64,000 bases of DNA from Spirochaetia bacterium (lineage in GTDB: Bacteria; Spirochaetota; Spirochaetia; CADAEX01): the NCBI GenBank assembly GCA_963662795.1, contig OY759746.1, positions 1,056,001-1,120,000 on the forward strand, in the 5' to 3' direction. The translations under genes and the position numbers were made by a program. The notes beneath the pieces were generated by a model that ran no database searches, was not told the origin of the DNA, and saw only the letters and a program-made list of their open reading frames with translations. This document shows, one piece after another, positions 29,755-39,898 of the stretch. Position 1 is the first letter of the stretch. Every line of letters begins with the position of its first letter.

Positions 29755-30897
29755 TCAGAAAATACCGCTCCCTGCAGGGTTTAGGATATTATGAATTTCA
29801 ACATCGGTCAGAGCGTAATTAAAATATTTTTTGTAGTATTCCCTTATTTCCCTGTCCATGTCCCAGTTAAAAAGATCGGGATAGTTTTTAACCGCCATCC
29901 ATTTCAGCATCAGAGGTCCGTCGAGAGAAGGGGGATACCATCTGTAATTTCCAAGCGGTATTTTATAAACAGTTCTGTTTTTGTAAGCTGATGTCCCTGA
30001 CCAGTCCTGCCCCTGTATTGCATTGCTGTAAATATCTTCAGGCATAGTCTCTGCGAAGTTGGTAAGATAAACAATATCAGGGTTCCATTTAAGCACCTGT
30101 TCAAAATCAGCTATCTTAACCATAGCGGGATGATTTGCCGTAACTTCATCCGCGCAGTTTATACCTCCGGTTGATGCGATCCAGTACTGGCCGAAAGAAT
30201 TGCCGCCCGCGACCATATTCCCGGACGCTTTAAATACAATAAGTATTTTTTTCTTTTTTTCATCAGGTATTGAAGCTGTCTTTTCCGCAATCTCTTTTTT
30301 TACACTCTCCCATTCTTCAAATATCGCACCTGCCTTTTTCTTTTCTGAGCCCAGCACTGATGCGGTTATATCAACCCATCCCCTGATTGATTTTTCAGGG
30401 CTGTAAAATTCAATTTCCTTATCCCTGTAAATCATCCTGTCCTTTTCAAGACCTAAATAAATTACAGGCAGCCCTGATTCCTTGAGTTTCTCCATCCCCT
30501 GAAGCACCTGATCAGTAAAAAAGACATCAGGTTTTATTTTCAAGAGCTCTTCCGTATTAAGAAGACTTCCCGTCAGGAAGTTGTCCTCTGCCTCAAGAAG
30601 GGAAGGGGCAATTCTGGAGAGAACTGAGACTTCAGCCGCTTTTTTGGCAAGGGGGTGAAGTCCCTTTATCCTTTTCGCGTTACCGTCAAGATATACGATT
30701 ATATGGGGAAGAGGCGCCGGGAATGCCGCGATTGATTTTATTTCGCCCGGCAATTCTACAGTTTCACCGCGGCTGTCTGTAACAGAAAATGATTTGCTTT
30801 CACTTTGCTCAGAAACACCCCGGCCTGAAGCTGTTTTTCCGCATGAAACAGCAAAAAACAATAAGGAGATAAGAAAATAGAGTAGTATTTTTTTCAA
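29755..30897 (-). CDS. Metal-chelate ABC substrate-binding lipoprotein
   Basis: TTG start with AGGAGG SD; lipobox FAVSC; VTDSRG, EELLKIKPD, EQVLKWNPD. Confidence 0.9.
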   Translation of the reverse strand: MKKILLYFLISLLFFAVSCGKTASGRGVSEQSESKSFSVTDSRGETVELPGEIKSIAAFPAPLPHIIVYLDGNAKRIKGLHPLAKKAAEVSVLSRIAPSLLEAEDNFLTGSLLNTEELLKIKPDVFFTDQVLQGMEKLKESGLPVIYLGLEKDRMIYRDKEIEFYSPEKSIRGWVDITASVLGSEKKKAGAIFEEWESVKKEIAEKTASIPDEKKKKILIVFKASGNMVAGGNSFGQYWIASTGGINCADEVTANHPAMVKIADFEQVLKWNPDIVYLTNFAETMPEDIYSNAIQGQDWSGTSAYKNRTVYKIPLGNYRWYPPSLDGPLMLKWMAVKNYPDLFNWDMDREIREYYKKYFNYALTDVEIHNILNPAGSGIF

Positions 30898-30941
30898 TCA
30901 GCTGCCTCCTGGACAAAAAAAACATATGATGGCAGCTGATT
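30896..30941 (-). promoter_or_regulatory. Hairpin overlapping the SD and start codon of the SBP gene
   Basis: AATCAGCTGCC (30896-30906) / GGCAGCTGATT (30931-30941) perfect 11-bp inverted repeat. Confidence 0.6.
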
Positions 30942-30954
30942 ATAAACCTTATTT

Positions 30955-31203
30955 TCAGATTGTTAAATATTTTGCTGAAACATTATCAATCCTGTTCAGT
31001 TTTTCAACCATTGTTTTGATGGTTTTTTCCTCATCTACAACCTCCAGAAAGATGAGACCGGAAGGTGAACAGGTGTTGCCCGGAATATCGTGAAGTCCGA
31101 GCCTTACTTTTATGCTGCAGCCGTACTCTGTAAGAACTTTTTGTACATCGTTTGCCGCATCCTCTCTTTTATCAACCTTGATTATAATTAATTTGTATTC
31201 CAT
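30955..31203 (-). CDS. TM1266-family small protein (iron-only hydrogenase system putative regulator; NikR C-terminal/ACT-like)
   Basis: 82 aa; VQKVLTEYGCSIKVRLGLHD...CSPSGLIFLEV. Confidence 0.78.
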   Translation of the reverse strand: MEYKLIIIKVDKREDAANDVQKVLTEYGCSIKVRLGLHDIPGNTCSPSGLIFLEVVDEEKTIKTMVEKLNRIDNVSAKYLTI

Positions 31204-31210
31204 AAATGAA

Positions 31211-31239
31211 ATTTTAGTTTTTAACAAACTTCCTGTCAA
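31211..31239 (-). promoter_or_regulatory. Near-consensus sigma70 promoter, leaderless geometry
   Basis: TTGACA (31239-31234)-N17-TAAAAT (31216-31211)-N7-ATG (31203). Confidence 0.72.
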
Positions 31240-31265
31240 ATAATATTATTGAATCCAATAGCAGA

Positions 31266-31294
31266 TTGCAATTTTAACCGTGCTGTTTTAAAAT
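31266..31294 (+). promoter_or_regulatory. Sigma70 promoter of pyrBI
   Basis: TTGCAA-N17-TAAAAT. Confidence 0.6.
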
Positions 31295-31377
31295 AACGAA
31301 AATATGGTCATTTTTTCCGCCTGTTTTTCAGAAAATTTCAAATTGCCAGCGACTCTAGGACCAGAAGGGAGACCAAT

Positions 31378-32967
31378 ATGAGTAATCTGTTCAAAGGAAG
31401 AAGTCTTGCCGTTATCGATGATTTTTCCCTCGATGAGAGACTTTTTCTTTTTGAAAAAGCAAAAGAACTAAAAAAACTTCTTCAGGAAAACAATAAGCGC
31501 GAACTTGAGAAATACAGAATCAATGACAGTGATTTCGGCGTCTATGAGGTTTTTATTGAAGATTCAACCAGAACAAAGGAATCATTCAAGAATGCAGCTG
31601 AATTCCACAGGGTAAAACTGAGTAATCTTGAGGCAAATCACTCTTCAATAAACAAAAGCGAGAGCTTTGCAGATACATTCAATACCCTTTGCGGATACGA
31701 TAACCTGGTTTTTATAGTAAGAAGCAAACAGGAAGGGCTCTGCAGATGGCTTGAGGAGAACGGAAAACTCTATGCCGGAAGAAACAGGATGAAACAGACT
31801 CCCTCATTTATAAATGCGGGAGACGGCAAACATGAACATCCCACTCAGGAGCTTCTTGATGAATTTACTTTTCTCGAAAGAAATAAATGGAACAGGACCA
31901 GTTTTCATATCGCGCTTGTTGGAGATCTTTATCACGGAAGGACGGTTCATTCAAAAGCAGACGGACTGACAATTTTTAAAAACGTTAAAATTGATCTTGT
32001 AGCTCCCCGTGAACTCGGAATGCCTGAATATTATATTGATAAAATGAAAGACAACGGATTTGAAGTAAATATTTTTGATTCAATAGACAGCTATATGGAA
32101 ACAGGACAGACAGCGCCGGTCTGGTATTTCACAAGGCCGCAGCTTGAAAGAATGGGCGATGATATCCTGAAAAGACAGGATGAACTGCGGTATAAAATTA
32201 TTTTCAGAAAAGAATTTCTCGAAAAAATCCCGGAAGATACTATTTTCTATCATCCCCTGCCCCGGCACAAACTATATCCTACAATTCCCACCTTCCTTGA
32301 CACGACGTCTCTTAACGGATGGGAAGAGCAGTCTGCCAACGGCATGGTAATCAGAATTATACTGCTCGGCCTGGTTGCAGGAATAATAGGTTCTGATTAT
32401 AAATCCGGGGAAAGCGGCAGGGCGTATACCCCGGATTCTGAAGATTTTATCGAAGAACTGCCGTTAAAGGAAACCATAGTCACCAAGGATTATGCCGAAG
32501 GGGTAAAACCCATCTCAAACGGCCTTGTTATCGACCACATATGCAGGGGAGAAAGCGAGAAAGAGATAAGGGAACACCTTGCAAGAATTATAAGAGTCCT
32601 TGAACTCTACGGAAAGGGCGGAGAATGGATAAGCAGGTCAAGAAGCGAACAGGATAAGATGAAAGGGATGATTTTCAGACCCGGCCATCCCGAACCGGGA
32701 ACAAAAAAAATGAAACAGCTTGCGGCCCTTGCGCCGGGATGTACTGTAAACATTATAAATGAAAGAAAGGTTATAAAAAAACTGAAGCTGCAAATGCCTC
32801 CCCGAATTTTTAATTTTCCCAATATCTGCTGCAGAAATCCGGACTGTATCAGCCACAGCTCGCAGGGGGAGCATGTTCCTGCGGAATTCAACAGGATAAC
32901 AGGCGATAAATTCAGGTGTAAATACTGCGAAAAACCGCACTCCTTCAAGGAAATCTGGATACAATAA
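31378..32967 (+). CDS. pyrBI: Fused aspartate carbamoyltransferase catalytic + regulatory chains
   Basis: EDSTRT, HPTQELLD, HPLPR; then PyrI VIDHI and Zn site CRNPDC...CKYC. Confidence 0.93.
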   Translation: MSNLFKGRSLAVIDDFSLDERLFLFEKAKELKKLLQENNKRELEKYRINDSDFGVYEVFIEDSTRTKESFKNAAEFHRVKLSNLEANHSSINKSESFADTFNTLCGYDNLVFIVRSKQEGLCRWLEENGKLYAGRNRMKQTPSFINAGDGKHEHPTQELLDEFTFLERNKWNRTSFHIALVGDLYHGRTVHSKADGLTIFKNVKIDLVAPRELGMPEYYIDKMKDNGFEVNIFDSIDSYMETGQTAPVWYFTRPQLERMGDDILKRQDELRYKIIFRKEFLEKIPEDTIFYHPLPRHKLYPTIPTFLDTTSLNGWEEQSANGMVIRIILLGLVAGIIGSDYKSGESGRAYTPDSEDFIEELPLKETIVTKDYAEGVKPISNGLVIDHICRGESEKEIREHLARIIRVLELYGKGGEWISRSRSEQDKMKGMIFRPGHPEPGTKKMKQLAALAPGCTVNIINERKVIKKLKLQMPPRIFNFPNICCRNPDCISHSSQGEHVPAEFNRITGDKFRCKYCEKPHSFKEIWIQ

Positions 32968-32988
32968 AAAATCAGGAGAAAATAATTA

Positions 32989-33642
32989 ATGGCAAAAGCT
33001 GTGATTTTTGACATGGACGGTGTGCTTGTAAACAGCGAACCTTACCATTTTGAAGCGGAAAAACAGATCCTCGCAAAAATGGGGATTACGATAACAGATA
33101 AAGAAATTCAAAGCTTTGTCGGACTTGCAATGGATAAAATGTGGGCGAGATTAAAAGAGAGCTATTCGCTTGAAAAAAGCATTGAAGGGCTTCTAAAAGA
33201 GGATACAGAGTTCAGGGTTAATTTTTTCAGGGAAGCAGGAAAAATAAAACCGATAGACGGGGTGACAGACCTTATTTCCGGTATAAAATCTGCCGGATTA
33301 AAATCCGCGGTTGCTTCCTCATCCCATCCTGATCTCATAAGGGTTCTTCTTGAAGCCGCAGGCCTTGCGGAATTCTTCCCTGTTTACTTAAGCGGTTTCC
33401 AGGTAAAAAGAGGGAAGCCTGACCCTGATATTTTTATAGAAACAGCAAGGCGTCTTTATACAGGGTGCGGGAGCTGTGTTGTAATAGAAGACTCTGAAAA
33501 CGGGGTAAAGGCCGCGAAAAAAGCCGGTATGAAATGCATCGGGTACAGCAACCCGTTTTCAGGAAATCAGGATCTGTCTGATGCAGATATAATCATCAGC
33601 AGCTTTTCCGATATTAAGGCGTCTTTCCTAAAGGATTTATAA
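32989..33642 (+). CDS. HAD-superfamily phosphatase (beta-PGM-like)
   Basis: FDMDGVL, ASSS, KPDPDIF, EDSENG. Confidence 0.92.
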   Translation: MAKAVIFDMDGVLVNSEPYHFEAEKQILAKMGITITDKEIQSFVGLAMDKMWARLKESYSLEKSIEGLLKEDTEFRVNFFREAGKIKPIDGVTDLISGIKSAGLKSAVASSSHPDLIRVLLEAAGLAEFFPVYLSGFQVKRGKPDPDIFIETARRLYTGCGSCVVIEDSENGVKAAKKAGMKCIGYSNPFSGNQDLSDADIIISSFSDIKASFLKDL

Positions 33643-33672
33643 AAAGGCTGGGGGAAACATTCTTCCCCCAGC
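33641..33672 (-). terminator. Intrinsic terminator of ftsH
   Basis: GCTGGGGGAA/TTCCCCCAGC stem, followed on the minus strand by CTTTTT. Confidence 0.8.
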
Positions 33673-33696
33673 GGGCAGGTTCCTTTTTTATGACTT

Positions 33697-35658
33697 TTAA
33701 CCGGCCATAAACTCTTTAAACTCAACAGCATCCACCGTCTCAACCTCAAGAAGCCTCATGGCAATCCTCTCGATAAGCTCTTTTTTTGAAGCAAGAAGCT
33801 TTAAAACGTGCTCATACCTGCTTTTTATAATATTATATATTTCCTCATCAACATACTGATGTGTTTTTTCTGAATACTCTCTCGAAAGGCCTGCTCCGGC
33901 CGGCTCTCCCATATAAGTGCCGCCCCGGCTTGTTAGAACAACATTTTCGAATTTTTCACTCATTCCATAATCTGTAATCATCTTTCTGGCTATATCTGTA
34001 GCCCTTGTCAGATCGTTTGCAGCACCTGTAGAAATTTCATCAAATATCACCTTTTCCGCAGCCCTTCCGCCAAGCAGGACATCTATCCTTCCCAAAAGGT
34101 CTCCGCGCGAAAAAAGGAACCTGTCTTCTGTCGGCATCTGCAATGTGTAACCGAGAGCTCCTATCCCGCGGGGAATAATTGTAATCTTCTGGACAGGATC
34201 CGCCCCTTCGGTAACCGCTGCAATGACCGCGTGCCCTGTTTCATGATAGGCAACTATCTTTCTTTCCTTTTCGTTAAGCAGTTTGTTCTTTTTACGGAGC
34301 CCCGCGACACTTTTTTCAATCGCTTCCATGAGGTCACTCTGATTGACCTTGTCCCGTCCCGCACGCACTGCAAGAAGAGCTGCTTCATTTATAATGTTGG
34401 CAAGGTCTGCCCCGGCAAAACCCGGAGTAGCACGCGCAATCGCGTTAAGATCTACTTTTTTATCAAGCTTCACTTCCTTTGAATGAAGCATGAGTATCGC
34501 TTCCCTGCCGATAAGATCAGGCTTATCAACAATAATCTGCCTGTCGAACCTGCCGGGGCGCAGCAGCGCCGGATCAAGCACTTCCGGCCTGTTTGTGGCA
34601 GCAAGGAGAATTACCCCTGTAGTGGAATCAAAACCGTCCATCTCAACAAGAAGCTGATTGAGTGTCTGCTCTCTTTCATCATTGCCGCCGGCAACACTTA
34701 GCCGGCTCTTGCCTATTGCATCAAGCTCATCAATAAAAACAATACACGGCGCCTTCTCCCTGGCCTGTTTGAAAAGATCCCTTACCCTTGCGGCGCCGAC
34801 ACCGACAAACATTTCAACAAAATCAGATCCGCTCATCCTGAAAAAAGGGACTTCGGCGGTACCTGCCACAGCCCTTGCAAGAAGTGTTTTACCTGTTCCG
34901 GGAGGGCCGACAAGCAAAACGCCTTTCGGTATTTTTCCCCCGATTTCGGTATATTTAACAGGGTTTTTAAGAAAGTCTACAACTTCTTCAAGCTCTTCCT
35001 TTGCTTCATCAGCGCCCGCTACATCGTTAAATGTAATCTTTATGTTCCCCTCAGCAACAATCTGGGCTTTGTTCCTTCCGAAAGTCATAACCCCGGCTCC
35101 GGGATCACCAATCTTTTTCAGCATAAACCGCCAGACAAACATCAGCAGGGCAAAAGGGACAATCCATCCCAGAAGAAGATCAACAATATATGAGTTCTTT
35201 TCCTTTATTGCGGAATAATTAATTCCCTTGCTGTCAAGAAGCTCAATAAATCCCGGATCATCAACAGGAACTGTTTTATAGATCGGGCCATCCGGATTAA
35301 TCTGCCCGTCCTGGCCGATGGTTCCTTTTACTCCGATATAATAATCTTCCTTAAGCTGAACAATATTAATACTGTTATTTTCAATCCTGCTTTTAAATTC
35401 ACTGAAAGGTATCTTCTGCTGAATCTGTTCCTTTACATAAGTATTTACCAGCATCAGAAGGATCATACCAATAACAAAAAACCATATTGAAAAATGGAAC
35501 TGTCCTTTATTGAATTGAGGAAATATCGGCGGAATTTTCTGGGGACCGCAGTCCTTGCAGTCCTTATTCCACTGATTATCGCTGCCGCCCTTCTGGTTTC
35601 CCTTCTGGCTTCCTTTGGGGTTTAAGCTTGAGACATTTTCTTCTTTATTCTTTTCCAC
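33697..35658 (-). CDS. ftsH: ATP-dependent zinc metalloprotease FtsH
   Basis: Two TMs, [17 protein letters not shown] ([20 protein letters not shown]), HETGH. Confidence 0.97.
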   Translation of the reverse strand: MEKNKEENVSSLNPKGSQKGNQKGGSDNQWNKDCKDCGPQKIPPIFPQFNKGQFHFSIWFFVIGMILLMLVNTYVKEQIQQKIPFSEFKSRIENNSINIVQLKEDYYIGVKGTIGQDGQINPDGPIYKTVPVDDPGFIELLDSKGINYSAIKEKNSYIVDLLLGWIVPFALLMFVWRFMLKKIGDPGAGVMTFGRNKAQIVAEGNIKITFNDVAGADEAKEELEEVVDFLKNPVKYTEIGGKIPKGVLLVGPPGTGKTLLARAVAGTAEVPFFRMSGSDFVEMFVGVGAARVRDLFKQAREKAPCIVFIDELDAIGKSRLSVAGGNDEREQTLNQLLVEMDGFDSTTGVILLAATNRPEVLDPALLRPGRFDRQIIVDKPDLIGREAILMLHSKEVKLDKKVDLNAIARATPGFAGADLANIINEAALLAVRAGRDKVNQSDLMEAIEKSVAGLRKKNKLLNEKERKIVAYHETGHAVIAAVTEGADPVQKITIIPRGIGALGYTLQMPTEDRFLFSRGDLLGRIDVLLGGRAAEKVIFDEISTGAANDLTRATDIARKMITDYGMSEKFENVVLTSRGGTYMGEPAGAGLSREYSEKTHQYVDEEIYNIIKSRYEHVLKLLASKKELIERIAMRLLEVETVDAVEFKEFMAG

Positions 35659-35785
35659 TATTCTATCCTCTTTTTCCCGGGTGTAAATTATTGGAAATAT
35701 TTACCGGGTGCAATTCTTACCAATAATATAAGTTTCAGGAAGGTAAAAAGCAAAAGAAATAAGGGGGATTAAGACTGTCCGGCAA

Positions 35786-36994
35786 TTAATTTTCAAGGAT
35801 TGTTATTTCAACCCTCCTGTTCTTTTTTCGCCCTTCTTCATTTGAGTTATCCGCAACAGGTTCACTTGAGCCTTTGCCCTGTATCCTTATCTGTTTTTCC
35901 TCTCTTACGCCCAGAGACAGCAGATACTCTGCGACTGCTCTTGCTCTCTGAAGGGAGAGTACCCGTCTCCCCTCTTCACTCCCCGCGAATGCGGTATGTC
36001 CTGTAATTAGAATATCCTGCATCGGATTTTTAAGAAGTATTTCCCCTATTTTTTCAATTTTATGCAGCTCGGCATCCATAAGCTCATAAGAGTCGGGCTG
36101 GAACTGGATATTGTCTATGGTTATTTTAACCCCTTCATCAACTTTCTCAACCGCTACGCTGCTGAAACCTGAACTGTCAAGACTTTCTCTCATGTCCCTC
36201 GCAAGAGCGTCCCTGTCCATATCTGCAGATTCAACAACTTCAGCCTTGGCCTTCCCTGTATATTCTACAGAATCGCCTGTAGAAAGATCAAGAACAAGGT
36301 CAAATTCTTCCGAGTAGCTGTGCGGCCGTCCTGCCGTGTTGTCCCATTTCAATATCTGACTTGAATATCCTGTAACCCGTACCGGATAAATTGCCTCTTC
36401 ACGCCCCATCCCTGTAAAACCGGATTTGTGAAAAACACTGTATTTTATACTGATAAAATCAAACCTGCCCGTCTCATCCTTTCCAAGATACTGGTATGAA
36501 ACTGTAACCGGGAATTCGTAAGGCTGCGGCAGACGAAAACTTTCCCTGAAATCATGGACCTCGCTTGCTTCAGCGCTCCAGGTATCGCCGGGGCAGATAT
36601 CCCTTTCAGGAAAGACAGGAACATCCCTTACGACAGGCATATAGTATTTACTGTCAATATCATAAAACCCCCGGCTGTCTCTCCAGAAAAGTGATTCATA
36701 ATCTTCGGTCAATTCATATGTTGAATATTTCCCTGCACTTCTCTCTGATGTCTGGAATCTGCCATGGAGAAGTCCGCTTCCATCCTTTGCTTCAAGAGTT
36801 TCAACAGATATTCTGTTCAATAGTCTTGCGCTGTGTGAATATGCCCTGTTTATGTAAACATCTTCTTCAACTTCAGATACTATCCTGTATTTTTCTCCGG
36901 CCCTGTATTTATACTCAAAGACATCTGCCGAAGCCGGTATGGAATGAACCAGCAGGATAAACGCCAGCAAAACATTTATCTTTTTATCAAACAT
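35786..36994 (-). CDS. OmpA-family protein (C-terminal peptidoglycan-binding domain)
   Basis: Signal peptide; ITGHTA...LSLQRARAV...GRKKNRRVEI. Confidence 0.9.
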   Translation of the reverse strand: MFDKKINVLLAFILLVHSIPASADVFEYKYRAGEKYRIVSEVEEDVYINRAYSHSARLLNRISVETLEAKDGSGLLHGRFQTSERSAGKYSTYELTEDYESLFWRDSRGFYDIDSKYYMPVVRDVPVFPERDICPGDTWSAEASEVHDFRESFRLPQPYEFPVTVSYQYLGKDETGRFDFISIKYSVFHKSGFTGMGREEAIYPVRVTGYSSQILKWDNTAGRPHSYSEEFDLVLDLSTGDSVEYTGKAKAEVVESADMDRDALARDMRESLDSSGFSSVAVEKVDEGVKITIDNIQFQPDSYELMDAELHKIEKIGEILLKNPMQDILITGHTAFAGSEEGRRVLSLQRARAVAEYLLSLGVREEKQIRIQGKGSSEPVADNSNEEGRKKNRRVEITILEN

Positions 36995-37089
36995 ATTTAC
37001 TCCTTACGGTATAACTTCGCCTGTTTTATTGACAAATCTCCGAACAGAGACTATTTTTTAATTATAAGTTACATCATCAGGAAGATATA

Positions 37090-38298
37090 TTGCATCAGTC
37101 AAAACTTACAGAAGATAATGAAAATTACAGGCAGATAATTGTAAAAGCGGGATTCAGGGGTCCGACTCCGTTTCAGAAAAAGCTGATTCCTGCATCTCTT
37201 GATAACAGGTACATAATTGCAGAAACAAGCGAAGGGTGCGGGAAAAATCTGGGAATTGCTGTTTCTGTAATACTTCAGACTGATTTTTCATTTTCAGGAC
37301 TGAAGTTCTTAATAATTGCATCATCTCCGGATAATGTAAAAAAAATAAATAATATTTTCAAAAAACTTTTTTCAAAAAAAATAACAAATCTCACGGTAAT
37401 TGCAGCAAGTTCGGAAACAAATATCAAAAAAGATTATAATCTGCTGCGCAAACAGCCTGATATTTTTATCGGCACCCCTGACAGAATAATTGATCATATA
37501 AGAAGGGATAACATATCATTCGAAGGAATACAGGGCTGCATAATTGAAGACAGCTGTATAGATGACTTTTACGGATTTGAAAAAGATATTGAGTTTATAT
37601 TTTCAAAACTCAGCAGAAAGCAGACTTTTATTGTACTTACAAAAAAAAGAGAGCACGCATATTCATTTTACCATTATTTTAAAAAACCGGTAATCATAAA
37701 AATTGAAGAGAAAGAAGCAGTAATGACAGAAAAAAAATCAATCGAAAGCGGATATATAAAAAACATTACAGATCAGATCAAACAAAGCCCTGATATTAAG
37801 GAACTTGCAGACATCAAAAAATTGATTAAAAAAAATGTCCCCTTTTTTATGAGAGGCTATTTTACGGCCTTTCTGCTCCGGAAACTTTATGACGGAACTC
37901 CGTTATTTGAAAGAGAAAAGACGGCTTCAGGCGAATACAAAACCCTTTTTATTAATGCGGGCAGAAATAAGGGTTTTTTTATAAAAGATATTTTAAATAT
38001 CTTCTCTTCATCCGGCCTTGCGGATAAAACAGATGTAAAGAACATAAAAGTTCTTGATAATTATTCATTTGCAGATGTTACATCAGCCCGGGCAGAGAAA
38101 ATCATTCAAAACCTGAACAATACTGTATTTAAAGGGAAAAAACTAAGCATCAGCCTTGCGAGAAGCACGAGAAGCAGTAAAACACCGGACAGGAACGCTT
38201 CATACCGGAAAAGACCTGGGCGAGCCGCTGCAGCAGGCAGCCAGTCGATGCATGCCGGTCCGCCGTCAAAAGGGCAATCAGGATTATCAGCTGAGTGA
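37090..38298 (+). CDS. Degenerate DEAD-box N-terminal domain fused to a DbpA RNA-binding domain
   Basis: GFRGPTPFQ, GTPDRIIDH, no DEAD motif; LFINAGRN...IKVLDNYSF DbpA domain; start uncertain. Confidence 0.72.
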   Translation: MHQSKLTEDNENYRQIIVKAGFRGPTPFQKKLIPASLDNRYIIAETSEGCGKNLGIAVSVILQTDFSFSGLKFLIIASSPDNVKKINNIFKKLFSKKITNLTVIAASSETNIKKDYNLLRKQPDIFIGTPDRIIDHIRRDNISFEGIQGCIIEDSCIDDFYGFEKDIEFIFSKLSRKQTFIVLTKKREHAYSFYHYFKKPVIIKIEEKEAVMTEKKSIESGYIKNITDQIKQSPDIKELADIKKLIKKNVPFFMRGYFTAFLLRKLYDGTPLFEREKTASGEYKTLFINAGRNKGFFIKDILNIFSSSGLADKTDVKNIKVLDNYSFADVTSARAEKIIQNLNNTVFKGKKLSISLARSTRSSKTPDRNASYRKRPGRAAAAGSQSMHAGPPSKGQSGLSAE

Positions 38299-39492
38299 TG
38301 CAATAAACAGATATGTTATTGCGGCATTAACGGCCATACCCGCGCAGAATACCGCAATTGAAATATACTCATATATCCTTGATTTTTTTCTGCATTCCCT
38401 TGAAAGAAATGCAGGGTTTCCCTCTATTATTATGTTTTCAATGAGCGGATCCGCAGGAGCTTTACCTGCCTGAAAAAAGTAATAATAGTCGGATCCTGAT
38501 ATCCTGTTTTTATTTACAACAGACGAGCTTCTGATCTTTACATTGCCGCTGCCGCATAATCTGGCAGCATCTTCCTGAGAATCAAGCATTCTGAAGCAGT
38601 AATTTATCCCTTTCTCAGGATCCATGCAATATTCGCTTTCGTTAAAATGATCTCCACTGAAAAACCTGAGCGGCAGTTTTAAAAGGTCTCTTTCCGCTCT
38701 TAAAAATCTCGCTTTCTTCCAGAAATGCCTGTATGAAAAAAACAAAATGACACCAGGAGGGAAAAGCGGCATAAAAGGGACAAGACTTAATAAAAGCGTA
38801 ATTTTCGGCAGAAAAGTAAATCCCGGTATTGAATAGAGATAATAGGCGGTCAGAAAAAGTGAAAATGAACCTGCGATAAGGGAGACAGGAGTAAAGGTGT
38901 TCCAGAATTCATTTCTGTGTCTCCCTGCCCAGACACCTCTTCGAAGAAGGGTATCAGGTTTGCCGTCATAAATAAGGAATGTAATATTATCATTACCGGC
39001 AGACTTGAAAATAGCTTTCCCCTTCTCAAGGAAAAGAGGTCCGCATACCATAACATCTGTCTGCTGCGAGAGAGAATGAAATCTTTCCCATTTAAGTACC
39101 TGCGGCATCTCATCAATGATTATTTCGCTGTTATCTTCATAAATATCATTTTCCTCTTCTGTATGCGAAAAGGCAGGTATTAAATATATTTTAACCTTGT
39201 TCATATCAACTGAAACCGTAAAATTACCGCTTCTGAGCCACACCTCATATTCATTCTGTATTGCTTCCAGAGAGCCGAAAAATTTATAGGTGCCTGTATA
39301 TCCCGATACTCCGGCTTTACTTGAGTATCCGGCAGTACGGGCTTTCTGAAAATCAATAACAGGAACTGAGGAGGAGGCAATGATTTTTTCCCTGAATTCC
39401 CTCCATTCCCTTCTGGCGATGAACGCTCCCGTTCCTGGAATCATTAAATAGAAAAAAAATGTTATGGATAAGACAAATATCAGATAAAACAT
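38287..39492 (-). CDS. Hypothetical membrane protein
   Basis: 401-aa ORF with 4 predicted TMs; 1 nt downstream of the upstream gene. Confidence 0.75.
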   Translation of the reverse strand: MFYLIFVLSITFFFYLMIPGTGAFIARREWREFREKIIASSSVPVIDFQKARTAGYSSKAGVSGYTGTYKFFGSLEAIQNEYEVWLRSGNFTVSVDMNKVKIYLIPAFSHTEEENDIYEDNSEIIIDEMPQVLKWERFHSLSQQTDVMVCGPLFLEKGKAIFKSAGNDNITFLIYDGKPDTLLRRGVWAGRHRNEFWNTFTPVSLIAGSFSLFLTAYYLYSIPGFTFLPKITLLLSLVPFMPLFPPGVILFFSYRHFWKKARFLRAERDLLKLPLRFFSGDHFNESEYCMDPEKGINYCFRMLDSQEDAARLCGSGNVKIRSSSVVNKNRISGSDYYYFFQAGKAPADPLIENIIIEGNPAFLSRECRKKSRIYEYISIAVFCAGMAVNAAITYLFIASLS

Positions 39493-39493
39493 T

Positions 39494-39880
39494 TTACGCG
39501 GTAAGATTCAGCAATGAACCGGGTTCGTATATGCCCTGAAAATATCCGGAATTTGCCGAACCCAGCCGGCTTCTAAGCTCTCCGGAAAAACCTGTAATAA
39601 GGTGTTCAACATCTGCATTGCTTTTATTTTCAAGATCAACGCTTATATCCCTGCTTTTAATTTTACTGATCTGATCGATAAGGGTATCAAGCTGTTTAAG
39701 CCGGGTTAATGAAACACTGCCGCTGCTGTGAAATGACGGTACTCCGGTTATATGCTTTAATGATGCATATCCGCCCAAAGGGTTATTTACCTGTACAGCT
39801 ATCCTTCCCCCTGAATAAGCAGCCCTGACTATATGTGAAAAAGGGATTGAAGAATTTGAAACAGCCGAAATTGTTTCCAT
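39494..39880 (-). CDS. Hypothetical protein, possibly sigma28-regulated
   Basis: GAGGA SD; C-terminus GSLLNLTA. Confidence 0.75.
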   Translation of the reverse strand: METISAVSNSSIPFSHIVRAAYSGGRIAVQVNNPLGGYASLKHITGVPSFHSSGSVSLTRLKQLDTLIDQISKIKSRDISVDLENKSNADVEHLITGFSGELRSRLGSANSGYFQGIYEPGSLLNLTA

Positions 39881-39898
39881 TTTTATCCTCTATAAATA

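Noticed and set aside
30898-30954. Cobalamin riboswitch upstream of the FecCD/Btu-type transporter
   Set aside because: The gap is only 57 nt and has no B12-box
31340-31377. Possible PyrR-binding or attenuator element in the pyrBI leader
   Set aside because: GGACCAGAAGGGAG only loosely resembles the PyrR loop and no terminator/antiterminator hairpins are visible
34658-35218. 186-aa antisense ORF in ftsH (likewise 48726-49367 in argJ and many others)
   Set aside because: Antisense shadows of conserved genes, with no SD or recognisable motifs
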